56,449 bases of DNA, from NCBI GenBank assembly GCA_039190745.1, contig JBCCXZ010000020.1, forward strand, positions 1-56,449. The letters run 5' to 3'. Position numbers and translations under genes: made by a program. Numbering within the stretch: the stretch's first letter is position 1; each line of letters starts with the position of its first letter. Below are positions 19,901-28,029 of the stretch, piece by piece. The notes under the pieces were generated by a model. The model made no database searches, was not told the origin of the DNA, and was given only the letters and a program-made list of their open reading frames with translations. The DNA comes from Planctomycetota bacterium (GTDB lineage Bacteria; Planctomycetota; Planctomycetia; Pirellulales; Lacipirellulaceae).

Positions 19901-19940
19901 TCTTGTGGCCGCGGCCCGACGATCTTCACGACCGGCTTAA
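16923..19940 (+). CDS. GH57/GH119-like glycoside hydrolase with starch-binding CBM25-like module, dockerin-like motif and PEP-CTERM tail
   Basis: WHMHQP, FPPETAF, HHDGDN, QSSDYWYW; VYVHYGFDDW...FNDGAGAWDNNGG; VPEPAS + TM + RR. Start codon uncertain (16863 or 16923). Confidence 0.8.
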   Translation: MDSPRLFFATRLFTILLSMAAYCSPAVFAVEPIHVGFLWHMHQPVYRPGENILQTDASGAYSFSVVDVHNQRFGPYNSWPRNAVQSGLSLPHLGAQVSFSGSLIQNLNTLESAGVNGGMWNNWDGPYREAGAWDTALGNPRLDLVNFGFNHPLMPLLDTRDIRMQVRLQKHIHEQTWGANVPFSKGIFPPETAFSTRIIPALVAEGIEWTLFDSIHLERATQGYPHTPASNLYPPNPADQINPAIPAEQWVQLNNLWAPSRVAAPFAYQPHHVQHVDPETGQVSKIVAVPAARYEGNEDGRGGFGALQYEQVMSQYRQFNTDPDHPMFVVLHHDGDNFGGGSEAYYHGNFQNMVSWAQGTPDYDVTTVQDYLDRFPPDLNRVVHIENGSWAGADNGDPEFKKWLGDPDPNTGWSPDRNSWAVLTAAKNRVFTADDIAPANNLTNILNGTGTSTEKAWRHLLAAQSSDYWYWDGTEVWDSNVTRGSNLAVAEADLVLNAFVGTETTGPSVFVPQRESYNPGGFEWDPTPEPSDFEVWTYAYDVSGLADVTLKYRVDADGTNPLSSTQNETYAGGAEVGSWVSVPMASSDVAPPPGILAPTYRAPRFGGMITGLEDVLVDYYVEATDALGNVTKTDIQHVYVGNATGGGGPGGGATVMLDPDPALAGGMTTLSYDAAGGPLTAASQVYVHYGFDDWAQVEPDLALNWNADDELWDITLDIPTDVGQLDVVFNDGAGAWDNNGGADWHFTVDGGEPGVEFVMDGVLDPSAIEVATIGGVSLYAVLEGDRLYLATDDAGAGADVFLYLAEQPGALVAANWGKSGQVAGWDAFLADENNNDYEDWFDAEGFAEAATGADGGVLEGVIDLADEFGVVPEELYLAIAHFETEDGGSLLPLLQLPTGNGDGNVDAAEFFLLSLGASYEADFDNDGDVDADDMQAWRDALGQDAGGDADGDLDTDLADLLILQAQYGSGPQSISASLLAVPEPASLALLLTALVAAARRSSRPA

Positions 19941-19997
19941 CCGACCCAGTCACCGTGGGGCTGCGAGCGGCGGAGCGGCCGGCCCGATAGAGCCGGT

Positions 19998-20927
19998 ATG
20001 GTCACCCGTCGACAACTGATCGCCGCGGGCGGAGCCGCCGCCCTGCACTCGCTAATGCCCCGGCCCGCTGAAGCGGCCGGTGCTTGCGGGCGGCGATTGG
20101 GCTACCGCATCTTCGGCAACCCCGACGGGCCGCCGGTGTTCTATTTCCACGGCACGCCGGGCTCGCGGCTGGAGGCGGCGCTCATCCAGTGCGAGGCCCG
20201 TGCTGCGGGGGTGCGGCTGATCGCGGTCGACCGCCCCGGCATGGGCCGGTCGGCGTACCAAAGCTGCCGGCGGATCTTAGATTGGCCCTGCGACGTCGAG
20301 CGGCTGGCGGAGTGCCTCGGCCTGGGCGGCCAGCGGTTTGGCATCGTTGGCCTCTCCGGCGGGGCGCCCTACGCCGCGTCGTGTGCGATCTGCATCCCCG
20401 AGCGGCTGACGCACGTGGCGATCGTCTCCGGCTACGCCCCGCTCGGCGCCCCCGGCGTGTGCCCGGGCAACCAGGACGAGCTGATCGAACTGGTCGCTAA
20501 GCGGCCGCGGCTGGCAAAGGGCTTCTTCGGGCTGATCGGCAAGCGGCTCGACAAGCGGCCGGATAAAGTGGTGCAGCGGGTGACCAAGGGCTGGACGGCC
20601 GCCGACAAACGGATGGTCCTGTGTAACCCGGTGCACTACCGGCAGCTGGTGGCGAACCTGAACGCCGCGACGGCGTGCGGGCCGCAGGGCATTGTGACCG
20701 ACATCCGGCTGCTCGCGGGCTGCTGGGGGTTTGACGTGTCGTCGATCTGCGGCGTGCCGGTTTCCATCTGGCAGGGCTGCTGCGACCGGATTGCGACGCC
20801 TTCGATGGGCCGATACTTCCACGAGCGGATCGCCGGCAGCGAGCTGCACCTCGACCCCGACGGCGGGCACGTCACCACGCTGAAGTGCAACGCGGTGCAG
20901 ATCCTGTCGCGGGCCGCGGCTGGCTAA
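19998..20927 (+). CDS. Tat-exported alpha/beta hydrolase, cysteine-rich
   Basis: TRRQLI Tat motif; FHGTPGS, DRPGMG, GLSGG and DGGH. Confidence 0.9.
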   Translation: MVTRRQLIAAGGAAALHSLMPRPAEAAGACGRRLGYRIFGNPDGPPVFYFHGTPGSRLEAALIQCEARAAGVRLIAVDRPGMGRSAYQSCRRILDWPCDVERLAECLGLGGQRFGIVGLSGGAPYAASCAICIPERLTHVAIVSGYAPLGAPGVCPGNQDELIELVAKRPRLAKGFFGLIGKRLDKRPDKVVQRVTKGWTAADKRMVLCNPVHYRQLVANLNAATACGPQGIVTDIRLLAGCWGFDVSSICGVPVSIWQGCCDRIATPSMGRYFHERIAGSELHLDPDGGHVTTLKCNAVQILSRAAAG

Positions 20928-20930
20928 AAT

Positions 20931-21040
20931 AGCAACAGATGAACACAGATAAACGCAGATGAGGTGTCTGCTGAAGCACCAATCGCGGCTTCCAAGCTTT
21001 CGTACTCCTTATCTGTGTTCATCTGCGTCCATCTGTGGCT
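20931..21040. repeat. Inverted-repeat element with arms of 3 x 10-nt CAGAT units (no ORF inside)
   Basis: agcaacagat gaacacagat aaacgcagat, 50-bp spacer, atctgtgttc atctgcgtcc atctgtggct. Confidence 0.85.
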
Positions 21041-21134
21041 CTTTCTGTTGGCGAGTTTCTTCCGTGCTTGCCATGCGGTTAGGAAGCGCTAGATTGCTGG
21101 GTAACCCCCCTGCCCTTCCTGCCGAGCTTCCTCG

Positions 21135-22835
21135 ATGGCCAACCGCAACACGCTGGGCGGTGTAATCCACACCTACCAGAAGTACGACCCGAAACGGTTC
21201 CCGAGCCCGACGCAGCCGCCGCCGGACCTGGTGTCGCCGGCGTTCGAGCACATGCTGATGTACGGCCAGCGGCGCGAGCTGACCGAGGAGGAACTGGCCC
21301 GGGCGATCCGGCTGGACCCCAGCCAGATCGCCGGCTTCGGGCCGAGCCTCGAGGCGCTGCTCGCGATCCTGCGTGAGCGGAAGCGGAAGATACTGGAGCG
21401 GTACGAGACGCGCAAGGTTCGGTCTCGGGCTTCGAAGGCTTTCGCCGAGCGGGCCGAACGGATCAAGCCGCCCAAGGAGTTTCGGGAGCAGTTCCGCAAT
21501 GCTGTGCGTACCGAGCAGCTCCGCGACATCGAGCGGCTGTGGTACGCGGTGGGCAACGACCAGTCGCACTTCGCGGGGCAGCTCGTCGGGCTGGTCGAGA
21601 CGCTGGGCAACAAGTACGAGGTGGAAGAGCTCGCGTCGAAGTACGACTTCACCGGCCGCGAGGCGATGACGGTCCCGCAGGCGATCGAGATCAAAGAGGA
21701 ACTGGAGAAGATCGACGAGCTCATCCGCCAACTCGAAGAGGCGATGGAGACGGCCGAGATCGCGATCATCGACATGGATGCCCTCGCCGAGTTCACCGAG
21801 CCGGGCGACATCGAGCAGCTCAGCGCGATGCAGCAGCAGATCCAAGACCTGCTGCGCGAGATGGCCGAGCAGCAGGGCCTGCAGGAGAGCGGCGGCAGCT
21901 TCAGCCTCACGCCGAAGGCGTACCGGATTTTTCAGGGGAAGCTGCTGGAGCGACTGTTCAGCGAACTGGCTCCGTCACGTTCAGGCCGGCACCAGGGGCC
22001 GATCCTCGGTGAGGGCGCCGTCGAGACGCAGTCGACCAAGGACTACGAGTTCGGCGACTCGGTCGCGAACATGGACATCCCCGGCTCGTTCGTGAACGCA
22101 CTGCTGCGCAACGGGCCGGGCACGCCGGTGCGGCTGTCGCAGGAAGACATCGTGGTGCACCGCACGCGGAACACGCCGAAGTGCGCCACGTGCGTGGTGA
22201 TGGACATGAGCGGGTCGATGCGCTACGACGGGCAGTACATGAACGTGAAGCGGATGGCGCTCGCGCTCGAAGGGCTCATCCGCAGCGAGTACCCGGGCGA
22301 CTTCTTGCAGTTCATCGAGTCGTTCACGTTCGCCAAGCCGGTCGAACGGGGGCGGATCATCGAGCTGATGCCCAAGCCGGTGACGGTGTTCGACCCGGTG
22401 GTGCGGATGCGGGCGGACATGAGCCGCGACGACGTGAGCGAGCACATGATCCCGCCGCACTTCACAAACATCCAGCACGGCCTGGCGACGGCCCGGCGGA
22501 TGCTCGCCGCGCAGGACACGCCCAACCGCCAGGTGGTGCTGATCACCGACGGGCTGCCGACGGCCCACTTTGAGCAAGAAATCCTCTACATGCTCTACCC
22601 GCCAGATCCGCGGACGGAGGAGGCCACGCTCCGCGAAGGGGGGCTGTGCAGCCGGGAGGGCATCACGATCAACATCTTTTTGCTGCCGAGTTGGTCACAA
22701 ACCGAGGAGGATGTGCGCTTTGCCTATAAGCTGGCGGAGTCGACCACCGGACGGGTGTTCTTCACCGCGGGCAACGACCTCGACCGCTACGTGGTGTGGG
22801 ACTACGTGAGCCGCCGCCGCGAGATTGTTGGCTGA
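21135..22835 (+). CDS. VWA-domain protein of the type usually partnered with a chelatase/MoxR-like AAA+ ATPase
   Basis: Helical N-terminal region; VMDMSGSMRY, TNIQHGL and LITDGLPTAH. Confidence 0.85.
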   Translation: MANRNTLGGVIHTYQKYDPKRFPSPTQPPPDLVSPAFEHMLMYGQRRELTEEELARAIRLDPSQIAGFGPSLEALLAILRERKRKILERYETRKVRSRASKAFAERAERIKPPKEFREQFRNAVRTEQLRDIERLWYAVGNDQSHFAGQLVGLVETLGNKYEVEELASKYDFTGREAMTVPQAIEIKEELEKIDELIRQLEEAMETAEIAIIDMDALAEFTEPGDIEQLSAMQQQIQDLLREMAEQQGLQESGGSFSLTPKAYRIFQGKLLERLFSELAPSRSGRHQGPILGEGAVETQSTKDYEFGDSVANMDIPGSFVNALLRNGPGTPVRLSQEDIVVHRTRNTPKCATCVVMDMSGSMRYDGQYMNVKRMALALEGLIRSEYPGDFLQFIESFTFAKPVERGRIIELMPKPVTVFDPVVRMRADMSRDDVSEHMIPPHFTNIQHGLATARRMLAAQDTPNRQVVLITDGLPTAHFEQEILYMLYPPDPRTEEATLREGGLCSREGITINIFLLPSWSQTEEDVRFAYKLAESTTGRVFFTAGNDLDRYVVWDYVSRRREIVG

Positions 22836-23020
22836 GGGCTGCGTGCTAGCATTGCGGGGTTCTAGGCAACTTGGGTTGCGTATGGGGATTGCAGCCATCG
22901 GGGGCGATTTGCGTTGCCCCCACGCCGATAAACCAGTAAAGTCGCCGCCCCTTCCCAAACCGGGCACGGCGGCAACCCTCGCTCGTCGCGGAAGGCTCAC
23001 ACTGACGCACCGATCTCATT

Positions 23021-23080
23021 TGCTTCGACACACACTAGTTCGCTTCGGCACACACTAGCACGCTACGGTCCACACACAGG
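23021..23080 (+). repeat. Three degenerate 20-bp tandem direct repeats
   Basis: tgcttcgacacacactagtt / cgcttcggcacacactagca / cgctacggtccacacacagg. Confidence 0.75.
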
Positions 23081-23093
23081 CAGGGCTCGAATC

Positions 23094-25046
23094 TTGGCAC
23101 ACCGCACCCCTCTTATCTGCACGTTGGCGGCGCTGCTGCTGATGGGCTCCGCGGCCGGTTCCCGAGCAGCGGCCCCGGCCGATACGCTCTTCCCCTCCAA
23201 GACGCGCGGCTTTGTTTCAGTTGGCGACATTGCCGAATTGGGCGAGAACTGGCAGCGGACGCAGCTGGGCCAGATGGTCCGCGACGACGCGATGCGGCCC
23301 TTCGTCAACGACATCAAGCGTCAGATGGAGCGCAAGGTCGGCAGCTTCCGCGACAAGCTGGGGATCGAGCTGGAAGACCTCAAAGACGTCGCCGCGGGCG
23401 AGCTGGGGGTCGGCCTTGTCGAGCGCGAATCGGAACGCGCCGCGGTAGTGCTGACGGTCGACGTCACGGGCCGCCAGGGCCGCGTCGACGCATTGCTTGC
23501 CAAGATCGACCGCCAACTCAAGGCACGCAAGGCGACAGTCAGCACCGAAGCGCTTGGCGAGACACAGTTGACCGTTTATTTGGTGCCGCCGAAGACCGCC
23601 GAACGGACGGCGACCCAGGCCGTGTACTTCGTGCACGATGACATCCTGTGCGCCAGCGACAACGTGTACGAGGCCCGGGAACTCTACCGTCGGCTTGCCG
23701 GCAACGCCGGCGGCGGTCTCAACGAAGTGGTCGCTTACCGAGAGACGATGAACCGTTGTGCTTCCGAGTCGCAAGGCGTCGAGCCTGAACTGCGTTGGTT
23801 TGCAGACCCGTTCGGCTACGCGCGGGCCAGCCGCTCGCTCACGCCCGGCAAGAAACGCCGCGGGAAGGACTATGTGTCGATCCTCGAGTCGCAGGGTTTT
23901 GACGCGATCACAGGAGCCGGCGGTTACGTGAACATGATGGTCGACGACCTGGAGATCGTGCACCGCACGGCGGTCTACGCCCCGCCCATCGGCAAGGGCG
24001 CGGACAAGTACAAGCTGGCGATGCGGATCATGGAGTTCCCGAACGGCCAGCAGATGAAGCCGCACAACTGGATCCCCGCGGAAGTCGCCTCTCACCGCAC
24101 GTTCAACTGCGATCTGCAGAACGCCTTTCGGTACTTCGACACGCTGTTCGATGCGATCGTCGGTTACGAGGGCGCGTTCGACAACGTGCTCGAAGGCTTC
24201 GAGGAAGACGCCTACGGTCCGCAGATCGACGTCGAGAAAGCATTTGTGAAGCACCTCGGTCGACGCATCACCCTGCTGAGCGACTATGAGCTGCCGATCA
24301 CCACCAAGAGCGAGCGTCTGCTATTGGCCGTCGAGGTGAACGACCCAGCGGCTGTCTCTGCTGCGGTGAAGAAGTTCATGGACCAGGACCCCAACGCGAA
24401 CCGGCGAGAATTCCAGGGCAACGTGGTCTGGGAGATCACCACCCCCGAGGACGACGTGCCGAACCTGGACATCGGATCGAGCGGGCTTGATCTCCTCGAG
24501 CCCGAGCAGCCGGCCGCGGGCGGTTTGGGCGGCAACGCCTCCGAATTGGGCTCTGCGGTGGCGGTGGCCAATGGGCACTTGTTTATCGCCTCGCACCTCG
24601 AGTTCCTGGAGCGGGTGCTCGACCAGAACCAGCCCGAGCAGCTCACCGGGAGCGGCGACTTCCGCAAGGTCGATGCGGCGCTCGACAGGTTGATGCCCGG
24701 CCAGGGCAGCGTCCGGACGTTTGTGCGGACCGACCAGGCCTACCGCTCAACCTACGAATTGCTCCGCCAGGGCAAGATGCCCGAGTCGGAGACGCTGTTG
24801 GGCCGGATGCTCAACCGGCTGCTGACTCCGCCGGAAGACGAGGACGAGGGCGTGCTCCGCGAGCAGAAGATCGACGCGGAATCGCTGCCGGCCTTCGAGC
24901 AGGTGCGTCGCTACTTCGGCCCGGCGGGCACCGCGGTCCGCAGCGACGGCGACGGCTGGTTCATCTCGGGCGCCACCCTCGGGAAGGCCCCCGCCCAGGC
25001 GCGGCAAGACTCAAGCAGCCGCGCCCGGACCGGCACGTTCCGCTAA
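23094..25046 (+). CDS. Secreted hypothetical protein (DUF3352-like)
   Basis: Signal peptide; 650-aa ORF with host-like codon usage. Family call is tentative. Confidence 0.7.
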   Translation: MAHRTPLICTLAALLLMGSAAGSRAAAPADTLFPSKTRGFVSVGDIAELGENWQRTQLGQMVRDDAMRPFVNDIKRQMERKVGSFRDKLGIELEDLKDVAAGELGVGLVERESERAAVVLTVDVTGRQGRVDALLAKIDRQLKARKATVSTEALGETQLTVYLVPPKTAERTATQAVYFVHDDILCASDNVYEARELYRRLAGNAGGGLNEVVAYRETMNRCASESQGVEPELRWFADPFGYARASRSLTPGKKRRGKDYVSILESQGFDAITGAGGYVNMMVDDLEIVHRTAVYAPPIGKGADKYKLAMRIMEFPNGQQMKPHNWIPAEVASHRTFNCDLQNAFRYFDTLFDAIVGYEGAFDNVLEGFEEDAYGPQIDVEKAFVKHLGRRITLLSDYELPITTKSERLLLAVEVNDPAAVSAAVKKFMDQDPNANRREFQGNVVWEITTPEDDVPNLDIGSSGLDLLEPEQPAAGGLGGNASELGSAVAVANGHLFIASHLEFLERVLDQNQPEQLTGSGDFRKVDAALDRLMPGQGSVRTFVRTDQAYRSTYELLRQGKMPESETLLGRMLNRLLTPPEDEDEGVLREQKIDAESLPAFEQVRRYFGPAGTAVRSDGDGWFISGATLGKAPAQARQDSSSRARTGTFR

Positions 25047-25091
25047 GAGGGCTGTGGGCGTGGCACGGGCGAGATGCCATTGCTAGCCGTT

Positions 25092-27494
25092 TCACGGAAC
25101 CGTGAGCTTCGCCCAGTAGGGCCTCTGGCGGTCGGCGCGTGTGCGTGCGTCTTCCAGCAGCACCGAAAGATCGGGCTTTAGGCCGCCGCGTCGGCTGGTG
25201 ACTTTCTTGCGGTTTACGTCCACGCGGATTTCCTTGTCGAAGTCCACGAGCCCGGGCCTCAGCCAGACGACGGTTTGCTCAGAGGGCGTCCGCACCCTCA
25301 GGCGGTTGGGGCTGAGGACCTTTGCTTCGATCTCGGCGGTCTTGATCGACCGCTTGTCCCAGTTGTCGGCCGGGTGCCGCATTAAGCGCGGCGGCAGCTC
25401 GCGGCACTCGACCCACCAGAAGAAGTTATCCCAAGGGCGGAGCGTGCTGCAGCGGAACTCCTGCGGGGCGTCGCCGCGCTGCTTGCGGCCCATCCAGTCG
25501 AATAGCCGGGGAAGCTCGTCGTGGAAGGGTTCCTGCCCGCGCCCGAGGAACTCGACCACGGTGCAATCGTAGGGGTTGCTGAGCCGCTTGAGGTAGCTGT
25601 CGAACACGGCGGCGTTTTGGCTCATCTTGCGGCCGTCGAGTTCGCCCGCGACGAAGTACAGCGGCAGGTGCCGGGCGTTGTCCCAGTAGTGGGGGATGTA
25701 CTTGCGGCCGAGCGCGACGAACGGGATGACGCCCGCCCAGAGATCGGGGTGGGCCTGACCCACGTCCCAGGCGAGTTCGCCGCCCGTGCCGTGGCCGGTG
25801 AGGTACACCCGGTCGGTGTCGATGCTGAAGCGCCGGAAGGCGTCCCGTAGGCAGGTGAGCGCCGCGGCGTGCTCGCGTGCGGAGTACTCGTAGGCGAGCT
25901 GCTGCGGCTTCTGCCACTCGACGGCGATCGTGATGTACCCGTGCCGCATGGCGGCGCCGTTTCTGGGGCCGGGCTCGCCGGGCCCTTCCCGATCGTTGGC
26001 GAGCTTGGCCGGCCGGCCGGCCCAGAAGTTCAGCTCCTGCAGCGGCGAGTTGAACCCGCCGTTCATCGCGTAGATCAGCGGGTACCGCCGGTGGGGGTCG
26101 TACTCGAGCGGGAGCTGCACGAGGTAGCGGAAGTTGCCGTCCTCGGTCAGCCCGGGGGCGGTGAGCTCGTAGCAGCCGGGGCCCCGCTCGGCATCGTCGG
26201 GCGCGTCGAGCGGCGGGAGCATGTTGGCCAGTAGCGCCGCGACGTTCGGGACGGTGGCGCCCTCCATGCTGATCATCGAGGCGAGGAGTTTGTCGCGCTC
26301 CAGCGGTTGCGGCTCACGCAGGTACTCCCGCACGGCGTTGCGGACTTCGGCCAACGAAACTGCGGCCGCCAGGTTCTCCTCTGCCAGATCGGGCCCGAGC
26401 AGCCAGCCGGTGATCGCCAGCGCCGCCCGCTGTTCGGGGGTGAGCGACTCGTCGCCCGCGAGTTGCGAGAACGCGATCAGCCGACCCACGGTGTTGTGGC
26501 TCAGCCCGGCGAGCACTTCTTGCAGCACTGGCTCGGCGATCTTGCGGTGGTCGGCGTCGGTGATCTTGCCCGCGATCGTCTCGATCTGCCCGCGGACGCC
26601 GTCGATGCGGGCGTCGTCGCGCTGGTAGCGTTGCAGGATCTCGCGGACCTTCTCGAGAGTCGGGCCGGAGACTTTGGCGGTGGGGAAGTTCTGCGCTACG
26701 GCGCGGACCCAGGCGTGCTGGCCGGCCTCTCGGCGGAGGTCGACTTCGCGGAGGATGCGGTCGGCGCCAAGCCTTTGGAGCTGGGCCACCTGCTGGGTGA
26801 GTTCTTCCTGCTCGGGGAACTCGGCGATAATCCGTTGCAGCTCGCGCCGGGCGTCGGAGTACCGCTCCGCCTGGAGGAAGAAGCGGACGATCTGCAGACG
26901 CGACTCAAGGTTGGTTTGGTCGACGGCCGTTCGGAGGATATCCAGCAGCGTGTCGATGGGGATCGAGCTCGTGGCGATCCGGCTGTCCCACACCACCTGC
27001 CGCTTCGGACCCTGCAGGCCCTCCACCCTGCAGTAGGTCGGCGTGAGCAGCGTGATGCCCTGCACCACCGCGAGCGGCCCGTCGCCGAGCTGCATGTGGT
27101 AGGTGCGTCGGCCGTAGTTGTCAAACGGCGTGATGCCTAGGCTGGGGCCAACCACGACCACTTCCTGCCCCGAACCGGCGACTTGGTGTTTGAGCCGGAT
27201 GCGCACGAGTTTCTTCGGGACCTGGTCGACCACCTCGACGTAAGTGAGCTTGGGGATGAACGTGCGGCGGAGCTCGTCGTCGACCACGACGATGGGGGTC
27301 GAGCGGGGCGGGCCGTCCTTGTCGCTGGTGGTGGGCACCGGCGGCTCGGCGACGCCCGAGAGGGCGAGCACCTTGCCTTCGAGCAGCCGGCCGTCGCGGA
27401 GGCGGATGGTTTGCCCGTGTGCGGACGAACCCAGCACAAGCAGCGAGAGTGCCGCTGCGAGGCTCATCAGTTGTCCGGTGGCGTGCTGCTTCAT
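25092..27494 (-). CDS. Secreted protein with a C-terminal esterase/peptidase-like alpha/beta fold
   Basis: Signal peptide; YLVQLPLEYDPHRRYPL, IDTDRVYLTGHGTGG, GELDG. Confidence 0.8.
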   Translation of the reverse strand: MKQHATGQLMSLAAALSLLVLGSSAHGQTIRLRDGRLLEGKVLALSGVAEPPVPTTSDKDGPPRSTPIVVVDDELRRTFIPKLTYVEVVDQVPKKLVRIRLKHQVAGSGQEVVVVGPSLGITPFDNYGRRTYHMQLGDGPLAVVQGITLLTPTYCRVEGLQGPKRQVVWDSRIATSSIPIDTLLDILRTAVDQTNLESRLQIVRFFLQAERYSDARRELQRIIAEFPEQEELTQQVAQLQRLGADRILREVDLRREAGQHAWVRAVAQNFPTAKVSGPTLEKVREILQRYQRDDARIDGVRGQIETIAGKITDADHRKIAEPVLQEVLAGLSHNTVGRLIAFSQLAGDESLTPEQRAALAITGWLLGPDLAEENLAAAVSLAEVRNAVREYLREPQPLERDKLLASMISMEGATVPNVAALLANMLPPLDAPDDAERGPGCYELTAPGLTEDGNFRYLVQLPLEYDPHRRYPLIYAMNGGFNSPLQELNFWAGRPAKLANDREGPGEPGPRNGAAMRHGYITIAVEWQKPQQLAYEYSAREHAAALTCLRDAFRRFSIDTDRVYLTGHGTGGELAWDVGQAHPDLWAGVIPFVALGRKYIPHYWDNARHLPLYFVAGELDGRKMSQNAAVFDSYLKRLSNPYDCTVVEFLGRGQEPFHDELPRLFDWMGRKQRGDAPQEFRCSTLRPWDNFFWWVECRELPPRLMRHPADNWDKRSIKTAEIEAKVLSPNRLRVRTPSEQTVVWLRPGLVDFDKEIRVDVNRKKVTSRRGGLKPDLSVLLEDARTRADRQRPYWAKLTVP

Positions 27495-27718
27495 CTGGGG
27501 CGTGGTCGGCGGTCGGGCGGTGCGGGAGCTTGCTGTTCATTCTTTGGCGGCCGCCGCGGGCGTCAAACCGCGGCGATGCCGAACCCTACCCCGCCAAGCG
27601 TCGAGCCCGGGTGCGCCGCTTGACACCATGTGCGCACAGCCCGGACAATACGACCCTGTACGACGGGCGTAGCGGTTACGCGGGTCGCAACATTACGCAG
27701 TTCGAGACGCACACCGGG

Positions 27719-27970
27719 ATGACCAGCCGCAACGCCGTCCGTGTTCTTTTGCTGGCGGTCGTGGGGATGCCGATCCTACAGGCCGTGCTGTTTTGGGTTT
27801 CCGGGCTGCTGACCGCCATGGGCGACGAGTCGGCCGCGGGCGTGCTGCGGCACATCGGCACGGCGGCTGCGGTGCTGTGGCTGGCCGGCATCGTCGGGCT
27901 GGTTGTGGCGGTGGCCGTCCGTGTGCTTCAGGACGATTCGTCGCAAGGGCCTCCGCACGAGCAACAATAG
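27719..27970 (+). CDS. Small two-TM membrane protein
   Basis: MTSRNAVRVLLLAVVGMPILQAVLFWV...; hydrophobic, co-oriented with the HD gene. Confidence 0.7.
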   Translation: MTSRNAVRVLLLAVVGMPILQAVLFWVSGLLTAMGDESAAGVLRHIGTAAAVLWLAGIVGLVVAVAVRVLQDDSSQGPPHEQQ

Positions 27971-28029
27971 CGCTCGACCAAGGCGAACGGAAACCAAGCC
28001 GAACGGAAACACGCATGCCAGGGATCGGT

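Noticed and set aside
22924..22931. GCCGATAA sigma28-like -10 box
   Set aside because: No recognisable -35 element at the correct spacing.
23021..23080. Possible mini-CRISPR
   Set aside because: Units are directly adjacent with no spacers, and no cas genes are present.
25061..25078. TGGCACG sigma54-like half site
   Set aside because: The -12 element is at the wrong spacing and the site lies between convergent genes.
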